Of a DNA stretch of 64,000 nucleotides, positions 49,261 through 62,649 are shown piece after piece (position 1 is the first letter of the stretch; every line of letters begins with the position of its first letter). Source of the DNA: Azolla caroliniana (lineage: Eukaryota; Plantae; Polypodiophyta); contig JBHGNT010000003.1 in the NCBI GenBank assembly GCA_043228905.1, forward strand, positions 8,494,001-8,558,000, given 5' to 3'. The notes under the pieces were generated by a model, which worked only from the letters and a program-made list of their open reading frames with translations, was not told the origin of the DNA and searched no databases. A program made the position numbers and the translations under genes.

Positions 49261-52200
49261 CATGCATGCTGGCACATGGAAGATATTAAAGAAAGCAATA
49301 TTCTATAACAAGTGACTTCTCAAATGCTTTCTTTCTAGGTTGTGTTTTGAAGTTTTTTTTACCATAAAACATATGCTCCATTGGTATTAATAAAAAGCCC
49401 GGAGGCAGTATACAAATAGTACATAATATTGTTTCATCTCCACCAGTATATCTGAACTGATTCTAGCATTTGTAAAAACTATTGGCACAACATTGATTCC
49501 AGTGATCTACTGTAGAAAACAAAATTTCGGGCTCTTAGAACAGAACTCCATAGAAAACTTATATTTCACATGATATTCCATGTCCTCCGTCTTTCCAATC
49601 ATATGTGTCAGGTGTGGAGCTGTAAGAAGATTTACCATCCCAACAGAAACAGTTGCAAACAGATCTGAACTGATTCCAGCATTTGTAAAAACTGTTGGGG
49701 AGAAAAAAACAGACCATGAAAATGAAATGTACTATACTAATCTCCACCTCTCACCCCATTTGCTTCGATCCCCACAACTTATTCACTCTCCCTTCATGAT
49801 GTGCTTCGGCCCCCTCACCATCATCACTCCTAAAAACAACCAAATTGCTTCATTCAATCCACCTCCACCATCTCGCCGAATGCCACCAATGTCCTGTGGA
49901 ATTAACAACAAAATAAGTAAAAAAATTCCTCATCCCCTCATGAGCTGCTTCGATCCCCTCATGTGTTTTGAAGTTTTCATGTCTTGTATTTAGAGAATTG
50001 TAGTAGTGGTGTCATCATTTTTAGAGTGAATTTGGTCTACATTGTGCCCACTTGCTTAGGAAGAAATTTATTTTGTACACTTTTGAGGGCAAGTAAAGCA
50101 AGCGAGTTCTTTTGTAGCATTTCAATGTTTATAAAACTCCCAACATTGAAGATCTCAAAAAACCAACATCTAGATCTAGATTTTGACTTTTACTTGTGAT
50201 TGAGATTAGGGGATTGTGGTTTGTGATTGTGGTTATTAAAAAATATGGATATACATTATTAACTTCAATGCATATCAACAGTTCAAGAACTCTTTTATAT
50301 GAGTATTTGAATGTAAATTCTTGTTTGGTTCCTTGAGAAATAGTTTCCTCGCTATCATGGTATCTCTTTCTTCATGTGCTTTCCTTATAAATTTGTATTA
50401 CCTTAATAGAAGCATGCATTTTGATATAAACACAAGTTGAAGTTCCAAATTTTATTGAATTTGGTGCACATTTTGAAGAAAACTAGTTATGTACAGCCTA
50501 CATAGTAACTTGTGTCATTTACAACGAGTTTTCAAACTAACAGCTTATAACCTATGTATCCTACATGTTGACTTATGTTTCTTTTGAAAAAACTTGAAGT
50601 AGACCATTTCTAAATATGTGTAATGTGTTGCAATATTTCCAGTTCAAGCAATTGCTAGTTCGGAGTGCCCTTACATCGTGTGGTCTTAACACTATTGTGA
50701 AAGATGTTGGTCATCTACGTGTATTCCACTTATTGTTTGTATTTCCATATGATATGTAATTACATTTGTATTTCCACTTATTGTTGTATTTCCATATGAT
50801 ATGTAATTACATTTCTTGAAACTCATATTCCAATCTAGACCCCTTAGATGAGAAAAAATAAAGTTTGTTTATGTTCAATCATCATACTCTACAACAAACA
50901 CAAACTTGGAGTTAATTATATGTATGTACTAGTCGCTTGCACACAAAATGATTTGGTTATGTATTAGACACCCTCATGGTAAGCCGCATTTGGTTATGTA
51001 CAAAGGTTCGATACGAAAAGTATTTGTCATTACATAATAGGCACAATTGTAGATATTGGTTTAGACATTTCAAGTAATGGTCATGCTATGTTGCATTGAA
51101 GAATAACATTGGAAGATACTGAACAAGTCTTTCATGTTGTAGAAAGGAAGCTTTAGTCATTGTATCACAACATTTTAAAATGTCTCTGAACTTGATGGAT
51201 CTGTAGAACGGTTTGACGGCTGGCGGAAATCTCAGCCAAAGTCTTTAAAATACGTGCTTGTCAAAAAAGATGCATCATCATAAAATAATAAAAGAAAATT
51301 TGTATATTATCATTGAGCACTAAGATGTCTTAGTCATAAACTAATTTAAGAGACCAAAGACCTGCAAATTTCTAATTTGCTAAGAGTCAATAATATTAAA
51401 AGAAATTTGTATAGGAATACAATTCAAAAATCAGCATACTACTATTGTTTTTTGAGAAACACATACACTACCATTGTTCTAGATTCTACTACATGAATGT
51501 GCTTCTGAGTGAGCATATTCCATTGTTACTAAGCCACAACTCTTTGCTTATGTCCTAGTTGTCTCTACTAGTCTAAGCCCTAGTGTGGTCTTGTAAGGGG
51601 TTTGCATTATAGGTTAACTTGGCCACATGACTCCCTACTTGCGATCACTTCCAACAATGTCTTAGCCTCCTATAAGCAAGGTTCAAAGTTTCATGGATTA
51701 TGCTTTCCCACCAGTCATCAAACTCATTTCATTCTAGCTTTACACCCAATATTAACTAGGTTGAGGATTGTTTCTTAATGATATGAAATGGAACTTCAAT
51801 AGTCCGATTAAACTAAAGTTGGATCGAGTCATCTCAATCATCTAATTCATTGTCAAGCTCCATTGCCAAACTCATGCACAAACTGTTTACAAAGAAAAAA
51901 AGGTATGATAGGGTTGTCATTACATTACAATAACCCACTAAAATCTTCAATGACTTGGCTCATGTATATAGAGATGACAATATTGCAACCTATTAAAATG
52001 AGCTTACAAGATCCCAAATTGGCTAATTTGAATATGGTTTGCAAATAAACCATATATCACAATGTAATTTTGTATAAAATGAAGAAAAACACATCACCCA
52101 TTCCCTTTCTACAACTCTCCATTATGGTTGAGGCACTAGTCTTGAAGTTTTGACAGCATGTTTCCATTTCTCAACAAAACTTTATTGCACAGCTGAAATG

Positions 52201-52829
52201 AAGCATTCAGCATATTCACAAAACTGTATTGCACAAAACAATGAAGCATTCACAAAACTGGATCAGTTCAAAGAGTGGAGTAATATAAACATTCAGAGAC
52301 TTAAGGTGCAAAGATGTATGGTTAGAAATCACCGGCTCTTAATGATTTTCATTCATGCAGATCACATGCTAGCGTATGATATTAATATGACTCTTTCATA
52401 TAATACATATTTTTGGTGATTCAACATGCATTTGTTATCACTCTTTTAAAGCTCACTCTTTTCATATCAAACAGTTTGCACCATATAGAGAAAAAACAGG
52501 TGATGAATTGCCAACCCGTTTAAAACTATTTTTGCTTGTTTTGAGTCTTAAGAATTTACAACTTGGCTATGCTTGAGTAGAGGGTGTGATATGCACACCA
52601 ATACTTTATTCCATCTCATAAGAAGCTTTTTGATACAACCCTTCGAAGTTCGAGGTTAAAAAAACAAATCAACGTTCCAAAAATACGCCGATATCAAAAT
52701 CGTTTTACTTCTACTGAAGAATAGCAATCATCAGGATCATACACAATACCCTTTTTCCGTAAGGTTTAAGCGCAAGGTGTAAAAAGATTTACTTTTGCAC
52801 TTCCTACAAGCAAAGTCAATAGACATGAG

Positions 52830-53006
52830 TTAGACAATAATGCCATTTGCAAATGAACGGGGGGGCTCATCATCCGTTTCCGAATCTGACGAAGATAGAC
52901 ATGCCGATGAGATGCTCTCCAAGCTTCCCATGAACCGACTGACGGAAAGAGTTTTCATTACTTTGTGTTTGCATGTCCCATTGAGAGGGCTTTTTCTCTG
53001 GTTTAG
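52830..53006 (-). CDS. Vasculin/GPBP1-like (At1g36990/At4g08510 family) protein, last coding exon
   Basis: Acceptor AACAG|CTAAAC; LNQRKS..LSSSDSETDD..IIV*; phase 0 matches the preceding exon. Confidence 0.75.
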   Translation of the reverse strand, partial: LNQRKSPLNGTCKHKVMKTLSVSRFMGSLESISSACLSSSDSETDDEPPRSFANGIIV

Positions 53007-53038
53007 CTGTTCCATCACATCAAAAGAACACAATTTGG

Positions 53039-53355
53039 TTAGGAGTTAGGGTTTAGGGATACGGGACAAGTGTTGACAAATTTTAGAAGTTAGGGATTAG
53101 GACATTAAATGATTGGGATGAATTAGGGAGCACAGGGATTGCTGGCTCAGGATGAGGTTTCACTTTTAGGGAGATTCAGAGTAAGGGATTAGGGTTTAGG
53201 GTTCCAATTGTTTAGGGTTAGGACTTCATGACATTGGGTATTAGGGTTTACAGACATTCAGTATAAGAGTTCAACGACATTTGGGAACTATGGTCTCTGG
53301 TTAAAGGCAATAGGAAAGTAGGAATGAGCAATGTAATCCCTAATCCCTAAACCAT
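53039..53355. repeat. Degenerate telomere-like (TTTAGGG/TTAGGG) repeats inside an intron
   Basis: More than ten TTAGG(G) units on +, switching to CCCTAATCCCTAAA at ~53338. Confidence 0.7.
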
Positions 53356-53402
53356 AAACCTTCTCATCAAATAGAGAACAGTATAAAGCAAAAGCAACTA
53401 AC

Positions 53403-54200
53403 CTCGTGATAGAAAGCATTGATTTCCTCTTCAGTTAACTCGCTGCCTTCCGCATTCTCTTCCCAACCAAGAGACCGCATAAAAGCAGCTTCCTCCTCCT
53501 CAGATGCTCCAGGCATAAAAGAAACCTTAGTCTCTTCTTGGATTTCTGTTGACAAACTCTTTTGCAACGGGCTATCCAATACGGCTGGGCTATGCTTTGA
53601 AACACCGTTTGCATAAATCGTCAATGACATCGATGGCAGATTTGAATCTTCACAGATACCATTCAGCTTCAATTCGCTTCCATTGTTAGTACAATTTTCT
53701 CCTTTATTTATCGATACATCGATGGATTCATTGGTAATCTCACTTTTAACTTCATTTGATAAATTGGATGCAACAGCATTGCTTGATTTTTTTCGAATAG
53801 AATTGAAGAAATCACTCCGATTACGAGCCTGAAGTGATGGTCGGCGGTCATCAGCAGCTGTTATTGATCCCTTTACATCCAAAATAGTCTTACGGAGACC
53901 CACTATTCCATTATTAGGAGTAGCTAAAGATGGAGCAGAGGTAGAAGAGGCAGTGGATCCTTGAGGAATCAAAGGGGGGCCACTGTCGCTTCTTGACAAA
54001 GTAGGAACTACAACCCCATCTTTTCCAGACTTAAGGACTAGTAGCTTTCCTTGGGACTGCTTTGGTGGTTCTACCCTTGCAGTTGTAGGTTTGTGTGACA
54101 AATTTGACTGTAAGGAACCAGGCTGTTGGGACCCTTTAGATGTCATCACTGTTCCATCTACAGTCCGTGATGCTTTAGCTTTAGATTTGTCAGAAAGAAT
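53403..54200 (-). CDS. Vasculin/GPBP1-like protein, coding exon 4
   Basis: TTCCAG|ATT acceptor, GAG|GTTAG donor; GKLLVLK, RNRSDFFNSIRKK and EEEEAAFMRSLGWEEN..LTEEEINAFY family motifs. Confidence 0.9.
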
Positions 54201-57168
54201 CTGGAACAAACATATTGAACAGTCTCATATCTTCGTTGAAACATCATTGACGCATTGGAGTACATACAATACATTGTTTCACAAAGAAATACCTAGTAAA
54301 TATGATACAACTTCTTTACATCATAGATGCATCAAGGTATATAGATGACAAATACGCACAACTCAAAATGGATCTTGTTCTTCACATGTATGATAGGTGG
54401 CTTGAACAAGGAAAGAGAAGGGAAAAAAACACTAGTTACACTCATATGAACTGACATGTTAGGACGTCTACAAGGAAACATCACGATGCACCAATTCACA
54501 TTTCCATCCTCGCAACATTCAGAGTGAGACAACATCTTCACACAATAGTGTCCTTTGACGAGTTATTTCACTGTAAAGATATGTAGGCTGGGAATGGTTT
54601 ATCCTGTGATGATTTTGGCTGATGTACTCTTGAGTTGGCAATTTACTACTCAAGATATCCACACTCAAAAGTCTTTAAAAACTTCACATGCCACACATTT
54701 TGATTGATCCGTTAATCACAAGCCATGATACATTGTGATTTCCCTGTGATGAAAATGTATTCTTTTTCAACACTGATATACATGGATGGAGACTCTTCCC
54801 TACATAGGAGAATCAAAATCAAGCAATGCTAAGGGTAGTCAAAATGCTTTCATAAGAATGACAAGGAGGTGGTAGAACCATCAATATCTGTGAAAACTTC
54901 CTTCAAACAAGTTTGCAGGATCACAGCATAGCAGAATGCTATTATTACATGCCTAGGTCATAATTCATCATAAACATGATGGGTTCTATTGGATTTAGTT
55001 GCAAACTTACCTATGAAGACAGCTGGAACAAAGTTGAAATTGTAACAAATGAAGAAACTTGATATAAATAAGGATGGTTGGTCAAGTGCATTTTAATTGT
55101 ACAACAAAGAAATACATTTGTTGAGAGTCCTTGCTATCTTAGCCCTAGGTTAAGCATTACTTGGACAGTGTGACATACTTACTTGGACTCGGCAATGGTC
55201 ACAATCACAATCTTGTACAATTGTATTACCATGGATTTTATATTGACAGATGGCTTCCCAAATATAGGATGGATTTGACTTGCCCTTGGAGAATTTCATC
55301 AAAAACTCTCTGAGATTAGATTTGTATGTGGGTAGTCTATGACATGCTAAACTGGCCAACGTGATGGATACATGAGTTATACATGTATTGCCACAGATGT
55401 CATATTAGAGAACGAATTCCCAAATATTAGATGGATCATGCACTTTTTGCAAAGCATGTGATGGATTGCTAACATTTTGAGGTAGCCATGACTCATACAC
55501 CATCTAGGGTTAAGGATAGAATTTGGAGAGTTCACTGTGAGACTTGCAAAGCAGAATGAATATACTGTGAAGACATATTCTACCTAAGAACAGACAATCA
55601 AGAAAAATATACTTGCTAAGAATAGATCGGGGATTAGTTTTATGTTTACAAATCAATCTTTGCAATTGCACATTTTTGGCAGCCCCTATGGTGTAGTGAT
55701 GGCTAATATGCGGAAAAAAAAGTTGCAAATCAGTTGTCATAGACATCCCTCAAGTCAAACATAGGTCAGCATCTACTATCTCTTCACATTTTACTTAAAT
55801 GATCCTTTATGTATTGTTTCTAGCAGTTTCATTTCAAAAGTTTGATCATATTAAGATGAGCAGTTAAAAAATTGAATGATTAGTTTTAGATTTGCACGGT
55901 TCTAATCCTTTGTTCATGTCTGCATTCATCTCTTTATGTCTGTATTTCCAATGCGATACTTTCATATTTCTTACGTCAACTAGAGTTCTGGCAAAAAAAT
56001 TTATTCCCAAAATTTCTGGCAACTAGAGTCATAAAAAAATTTATTCATATTCAGAATCACATCCTTAAACATGCAATTAATATATTTATATAAAACTTTT
56101 AATATTTGATTCCCATAAACAAAGGAACCAAAAGAGGTCTGAATTGTTGATGGAAAAGAAAATTTTGAACCTTTCAGTAATGATGTGATTGGCAATTGGG
56201 TTTGATAGTTCGGAGAATTCTGCTGCATTAACTGCAGCATGCAGTAGAGGACATGGAAGATTTAGACAACAAGGTAACTGAAAGTTGGATGAGGTGGAAA
56301 GATTGGGAATACTTTGTTGCATTCATTGCTCCATGAATACCATCAATTTTGGGGCATGTTACAAAGAGATTCTGTAATAAAGACTAATGACTAGCTACTG
56401 TCATTCTTTAACAATTATTACCAAAAGGCTGGTGAAATAAGACCCAAGTATATTAAATTTGGGAGCGACATTCACAATGGAAGTCATAACACATCGTATA
56501 TGGATTGCATTGTGCATCACAATTCCCATACAGAAAGAGAAAAGAGGACACCTAAAAACTGGAAGGAACATACTCTAATGCATGCACAAACAAAACCAGA
56601 CAAACACTGCGTTCTCTCTTTTTTATGACTAGACCATTCAACATACGCCTGAAACTGAATGAGTGCATGAGGGAACGAATACAAGAAATGATCAGCATAA
56701 CAAAATAGAAAGACAAACAAACACAAAACGCTGCAAGTGCAACCTTTGCATATATAATATCAAACCCAAGAAGGGTAAGACCATAACTTCATACATTACT
56801 TGAAAAATATTATTATATAAATACATTTTAATATTCGTAGCTCAAAGTTTGAGAAGCCTTGTGAGGTTATATAGGTTTAAAGAAACTTATGAGGTTATAT
56901 AGGTTTCCCCTGAAGGTATTTTTTCAGATGTCCATACTTGGTACACCTTTAAACATCCCTTTTCCAATGCATGCATCTTTATCAGCAATTGTCTCCTGAA
57001 TTAGGAATGTTCATTCTCAAATATCTTCTTTTCCTATTGCAAGACACCTTTCTCAACAAGTAAACCTATTCTCAACAAGGCCATTGGGATACAGAACATG
57101 ATAAGAGTCATGGTGGTTTCAAAAATAAGAACCAGAATGATCATATCCACTCCCAATAATCGCAAGGG

Positions 57169-58565
57169 CTGATCCGGAATCACCTACTCAATTGACAAGC
57201 ATAGCTTTGATAGCTGCTTTATTAGCTTAAAGCCATGCAAACCGAAAATTAATCTTCTTCGTAGCCTTGATTATGCTAACTTATAGAAAGCAATTATCTA
57301 GATAGGTAGGCATTTCCCTATGAAAACAACCTAGCGAGAATGGTTTTTTATCTAATATAGGCGGCCTGTGACCTCCATCATAGGAATTGGAGGTGGCTTA
57401 CCAAATAGCTCATCGAACTCACAAACAACTTCCAAAATGGATAATCCTAAATTAGGAAGTGGATCAACACAAAACACAAAACCTAAAAGCAACGTCGGCA
57501 TATCCTACCAAAAGCCCCATCGAAATCTAAATTTACTGCTACTGCATCACTAGCAATAAGTGCACAATGATCTATCTTCCCAAAGTAAGGACATTTTACA
57601 CCAAATCAGGATCCGTGCACTAACCTGTTGTACCTGATCCGGAATCACCTACTCAATTGACAAACAAGCATAGCTTTGATAGCTGCTTTATTAGCTTAAA
57701 GCCACGCAAACCGAAAATTAATCTTCTTCGTAGCCTTGATTATGCTAACTTATAGAAAGCAATTATCTAGATAGGTAGGCATTTCCCTATGAAAACAACC
57801 TAGCGAGAATGGTTTTTTATCTAATATAGGCAGCTTGTGACCTCCACCATAGGAATTGGAGGTGGCTTACCAAATAGCTCATCGAACTCACAAACAACTT
57901 CCAAAATGGATAATCCTAAATTAGGAAGTGGATCAACACAAAACACAAAACCTAAAAGCAACTTCAGCATATCCTACCAAAGCCCCATCGAAATCTAAAT
58001 TTACTGCTACTGCATCACTAGCAATAAGTGCACAATGATCTATCTTCCCAAAGTAAGGACATTTTACACCAAATCAGGATCCGTGCACTAACCTGTTGTA
58101 CCTGATCCGGAATCACCTACTCAATTGGCAAGCATAGCTTTGATAGCTGCTTTATTAGCTTAAAGTCATGCAAACCGAAAATTAATCTTCTTCGTAGCCT
58201 TGATTATGCTAACTTATAGAAAGCAATTATCTAGATAGGTAGGCATTTCCCTATGAAAACAACCTAGCGAGAATGGTTTTTTATCTAATATAGGCAGCTT
58301 GTGACCTCCACCATAGGAATTGGAGGTGGCTTACCAAATAGCTCATCGAACTCACAAACAACTTCCAAAATGGATAATCCTAAATTAGGAAGTGGATCAA
58401 CACAAAACACAAAACCTAAAAGCAACTTCAGCATATCCTACCAAAGCCCCATCGAAATCTAAACTTACTGCTACAGCATCACTAGCAATAAGTGCACAAT
58501 GATCAATCTTCCCAAAGTCAGGACATCTTACACCAAATCAGGATCCGTGCACTAACCTATTGTAC
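57169..58565. repeat. Near-identical ~465-bp tandem triplication in intron 3
   Basis: CTGATCCGGAATCACCTACTCAATTG starts at 57169, 57634 and 58102; only scattered substitutions and small indels between copies. Confidence 0.95.
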
Positions 58566-59248
58566 GATCATCCTTGAGAGAACGAATTCAAGTGCTTAGT
58601 TCATGGATTAATTAACATGAGATATCTCATGTCGTGGATGTGAATATCACATATAGTGTGGATACTCCAGCATAATCAAGAGGAAAGACAAATGGACTGC
58701 TAGAAAGAGTATCGTTGTAACCATAGCAAGTAGAAAAGTTTAAAATGCAAACAAGTCCCCACTCTCATATACAATATCAGCCACTATATAAATGTTTGTG
58801 TCCAGGTTGGTATTTTGCACCTAGTATTTGGCAATCCATTGGTTGTCAATTGGCAAGCCTATGTAAGTTTTAGGCAGATATTATTATTCATCCTTTTACA
58901 CTTGTGTAATTTTTCTTTTGTGCTGGTCCACAACCCTATTATAGATGATATTTCTTTAATATCTTTAGAAATACTTATCTATATATATTATAGAGGTCCA
59001 TTCTTTAACATCAGAGATTTTGTGAGTCACTGATAAGAAGACCGAAAAAAGTAGGATGTGTATGTCAGAACCAGGAGTGGTATAATTAGGTAAGGTCTTT
59101 CATTTCAAGAGATCAACAATAATGCTCCATAAGGCAACTAAAAAGGTTTTGACAGATCATCTTTGAAATATATGATTAGAAATGTCCAAAACTGTGTGTG
59201 TGATTTTTTCCAGTCATTAATGAACATCCTTAAGGTCTTAAAACATAC

Positions 59249-59338
59249 CATGGTTTTCGGCAAGGATGGCGTCATTGGAATCAGTTGACGAGATTGCTTG
59301 AGCGCAAGCTCCTCCAATCTCTGGCTTTCAAGTGATAC
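59249..59338 (-). CDS. Vasculin/GPBP1-like protein, coding exon 3 (90 bp; not in the ORF track)
   Basis: ATAG|GTATCA..ATG|GTATGT; encodes VSLESQRLEELALKQSRQLIPMTPSLPKTM, the hallmark family motif. Confidence 0.9.
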
Positions 59339-59424
59339 CTATTATGTAAAATGCAAGTTCATCAGAAATTCAGAGGAATAAATGATAATGAAGTAGCCAA
59401 AATCATCAAGCTTAGAATGCTCAC

Positions 59425-60512
59425 TTGGGGGGGTGTCCGTACACGTGGTGGATTCTGAGCAAGAGCTTCTGCCATGTTTAGGGGAGCTATGGTTCCTATT
59501 GGAACTCCCCCAACAGAATTTGCAACCTGGCTAGAGTTTGCAGTAGATGCAACACTCACAGTAACAGTGGGTGCCTGTATATTACCATTGGGGATGTGTC
59601 CTTCGGCAAGAAGAGAGCTCCAGCCATCAGTTCCTCTACAATTGGGCACTTCTGCAAGCACAGAACTCCGAGCATCGATTCCTCTAGAATTGGGTACTTC
59701 TGAAAGAAGTGACCCCCGGGCATCAATTCCTCTAGAATTGGGTACTTCTGCAAGAAGAGAACTCCGAACATCAATGCCACTCAAATTCATAGATGATGAG
59801 ACTGCTACAGTAACAGGAAAACCACCCATCAATCCAGGTGATGATGCCCGATTCAAGTCTGGCCTAGCAGACCCTTGCCAGAGAGGCCGTGGACTCCCCA
59901 CCATAGCACGTGGACTAGCAACAGAGCAGTTTCCATTCAAAGAAATTGGAGGGAAGCTATTTTGCTTTTCATCCGAACCAAGAGTAGGGAAATTGCGATC
60001 AAAGACTGCTTTATGCCTACTTGTAGATAGGCTCTCATTCACACAAGGCAAAGAGGGTACCATTTCAGTTAGTTTCCGAATGCCTTGTTGTTCGGATAGT
60101 CTGGGAGACTGAGACTGAGACCTTCTCAGCTTCCTTTCAGAATCAAGTTTAAGAGACAATCTGGTAGGTAACAGGCCATAATCTCTATCTTTATCCTTTT
60201 CCTCGGCAGCCATGCCAAGAAGCCATTCTTTTCTCCTATCCTTATCACTCCAATGATCCAGATCATATTCTTGGTCAGTATTCCGAGGTGCTGGGGTATT
60301 CCTTTCAATGTCGTGGTTTCGTGCCGAGGAGCTCCGATGCAAATTATACTGAGAGAACTGATTGCCCAAGTGATCTTTCTCAGGTAGTGTTCGTTCAAGA
60401 GCACTTCTCCGAGTAGATGGAGAGAATATCTTGTCAGAAGTAGCTGAATTCCAAGTAAAATCTGAACTATTCCCACCTAAAGAAGTTTTTGTTCGAGAAA
60501 ACCCACCATCAT
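59425..60512 (-). CDS. Vasculin/GPBP1-like protein, coding exon 2
   Basis: TTGTAG|ATGAT acceptor (phase 1), CAA|GTGAG donor; LRRSQS, FDRNFPTLG, DGWSSLLAE and LNMAEALAQNPPRVRTPPQ. Confidence 0.9.
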
Positions 60513-60609
60513 CTACAAAATTAGAAGCAAATAACATTCAATCGCCATAGTGACAGCTTAAATCAACACTAAATTTGTTGACGACTGTTATGGGAACTTC
60601 GAGAAATAC

Positions 60610-60694
60610 CTTGAAAAGTTTGTGTGGCTGAGCCACCTCCCCCAGTTCCTTTCAGCCATTCTGGGATGAAAGAAGGTTCACTTCTCTCCACCAT
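60610..60694 (-). CDS. Vasculin/GPBP1-like protein, first coding exon (not in the ORF track)
   Basis: MVERSEPSFIPEWLK matches the family N-terminus (MExSEPxLVPEWL); 85 bp, CAAG|GTATTT donor, phase 1 consistent with exon 2. Confidence 0.88.
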
Positions 60695-62194
60695 AATTGT
60701 ATACCATTATGGGATGTCAAATGACCATCTGGAACCAGATCCCTAACTCAAATCCTAATAGATACACATACGGTTTCTGAATTCCCTATGCCCTTGCAAT
60801 AATATTTTGCTTTCAACTGAACATTGGCGAGGCGATTATAGCCAGATTGAGAAAAAATGTTCACAGAACAGTGTGTAGGAAAGCAAGAAGAAAAAAAGGG
60901 GGAAGCACTTTACTCACAGAAAAAATACAGACAAGAGATATGCACAAATAATAGAGTGACAGAAACAGAGATTAACTGTACTTAGTGAACTCCACATGCA
61001 CCAAGAATGCACATGTACAAAGGGCCCGACGCAAAATGCAATAGAAGAAAAATCGTGGGCAAAAGAAACTAAAGCAAAGACTTAACTAAGAGGCTAAAGA
61101 CAAGGCAGGAATGGCCGGGCAAAACGTGTGGCTTTGAAGGTGTCCAAGACAGTTAACAGCAAGAAAGAAAAAGCGAAAAAAGCTTAATAGAGGAATCGAG
61201 ACCCTTCCGAAGTGAGACCATGCTATTTCAAGGAGATAATTAAAGGTCAAAGAAAACCAAAAACAATGGGGCTAAACAGAACAAAGTTTGAATGACTGAA
61301 CCAAAATCTGAAAAGAGCTAAAGCAAAAATCAAAACATGAAGGGACTGATCTAACCCAAATCCTAAAGGCCAAACCGAACTTAAATCAAACCAAAATTCG
61401 AGCCTCCATAAATGCTTACATTACGACTTTTCGAGAGATTGAACAGAGTGAACCAAACAAGTTTGATTATATAATGGGATCCAAAACACAATTTTCTTGA
61501 AAGAATCCAACAAGCACAGGATCAGAAGCCCAATTTCTCTTTAAAAAAACGCAAGAAGGATATAGGGATCAAAAGAACAGTTTCCTGAAATGAAGCACAA
61601 GAGGGGCCAAGAATAATAATTTCTTAAAACAGCCCAAGAAAGACGGAAAAAATCTCTCTACCTCTTCTTCTTGTTCGCCCTCTTGCTTTCTTCTTCTTCT
61701 TCTTCTTCTTCTTCTTTTGCCTCTTCTCGTCCAGAAAGCAGAAATCCCTTCAATCAGTGCATGCAAGGATTGGAACGGCTGACTTGCAGAGATGGAATTC
61801 TAGGGTTCGTTTCTGTTTCCACTGAGATGGAATCGAGTGATTCTTGATGCAATCTACGGGTGTAAGTAGCTTTCATGCGGTAATCAAAGGTAGGGTTTTC
61901 CTGCTCGCAGAGATGGAATTAGGGTTTTCCTGTTGTGATATCAAGTGAAACAAAAAGAAAGGGGGGGGAGGAAGGGCAGGATCTACACCTAATGAGAGTT
62001 TTTTTTTTGTTTTCTTTGCTTCCTTGTTTCCCGAGGAGGGAGGAGAAAAAGAAGGGAAGAAACTAAAAAAACACAAACAAAACAAAAAAAGTCAAGAGTT
62101 TTTTTCTTTTTTTTCTTCGTGTTTTGTTTGTAGGATAGGAAGGGGGAAGGAGGAAGAAAGTTAGGGTAAAGAAAAGGGAGGGGAGGGGGAGGGT

Positions 62195-62528
62195 ATTCTG
62201 CTTCTCTTTCTGATTTCTCTCTGTGCTTTTTAGGGTTTCTGCTTCTGTTTTTCTTGGCTATGGCGGAACAGAGCAGAAGAACAAAATTGCCTTTCTTCCC
62301 CTGATTGAAGATCTCCACCGTTCTGCTTTCCTTTCTAATTTCTCTCTGTGCTTTTTAGGGTTTCTGCGTCTGTTTTTCTTGGCTATGGCGGAACAGAGCA
62401 GAAGAACAGAAGAAGAAGAAGAAGTAAAAAGAAACAGTATAATAATTATCGGTAACTAAATTGCCTTTCTTCCCCCGATTGAAGATCTCCACCGTCCGAT
62501 CTCAACCGCCCGATTCGCGCCACGTGTC
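62195..62528 (-). promoter_or_regulatory. Probable promoter/5' leader of the vasculin-like gene: duplicated ~125-bp block with telo-boxes, plus a perfect ABRE/G-box
   Basis: AAACCCTA telo-boxes (~62231, ~62356; also ~61891, ~61920); GACACGTGGC at 62519-62528; adjacent CT/GA tracts. Confidence 0.55.
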
Positions 62529-62649
62529 CCACCCTCCTCTCTCTCTCTCTGCTTCTTTCTTCTCCCTTTCCTTCTTCTTCTTCTTCTTCCAAAATGCTTC
62601 TACAAAAAAAATTTAAAAAATAAAGAACAGTAAAAAAGAGACTCAAAAG

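Noticed and set aside
50720-50815. ~47-bp tandem duplication
   Set aside because: Ordinary slippage duplication with nothing further to support a function
59474-60112. 212-aa plus-strand ORF
   Set aside because: Antisense to a well-supported exon
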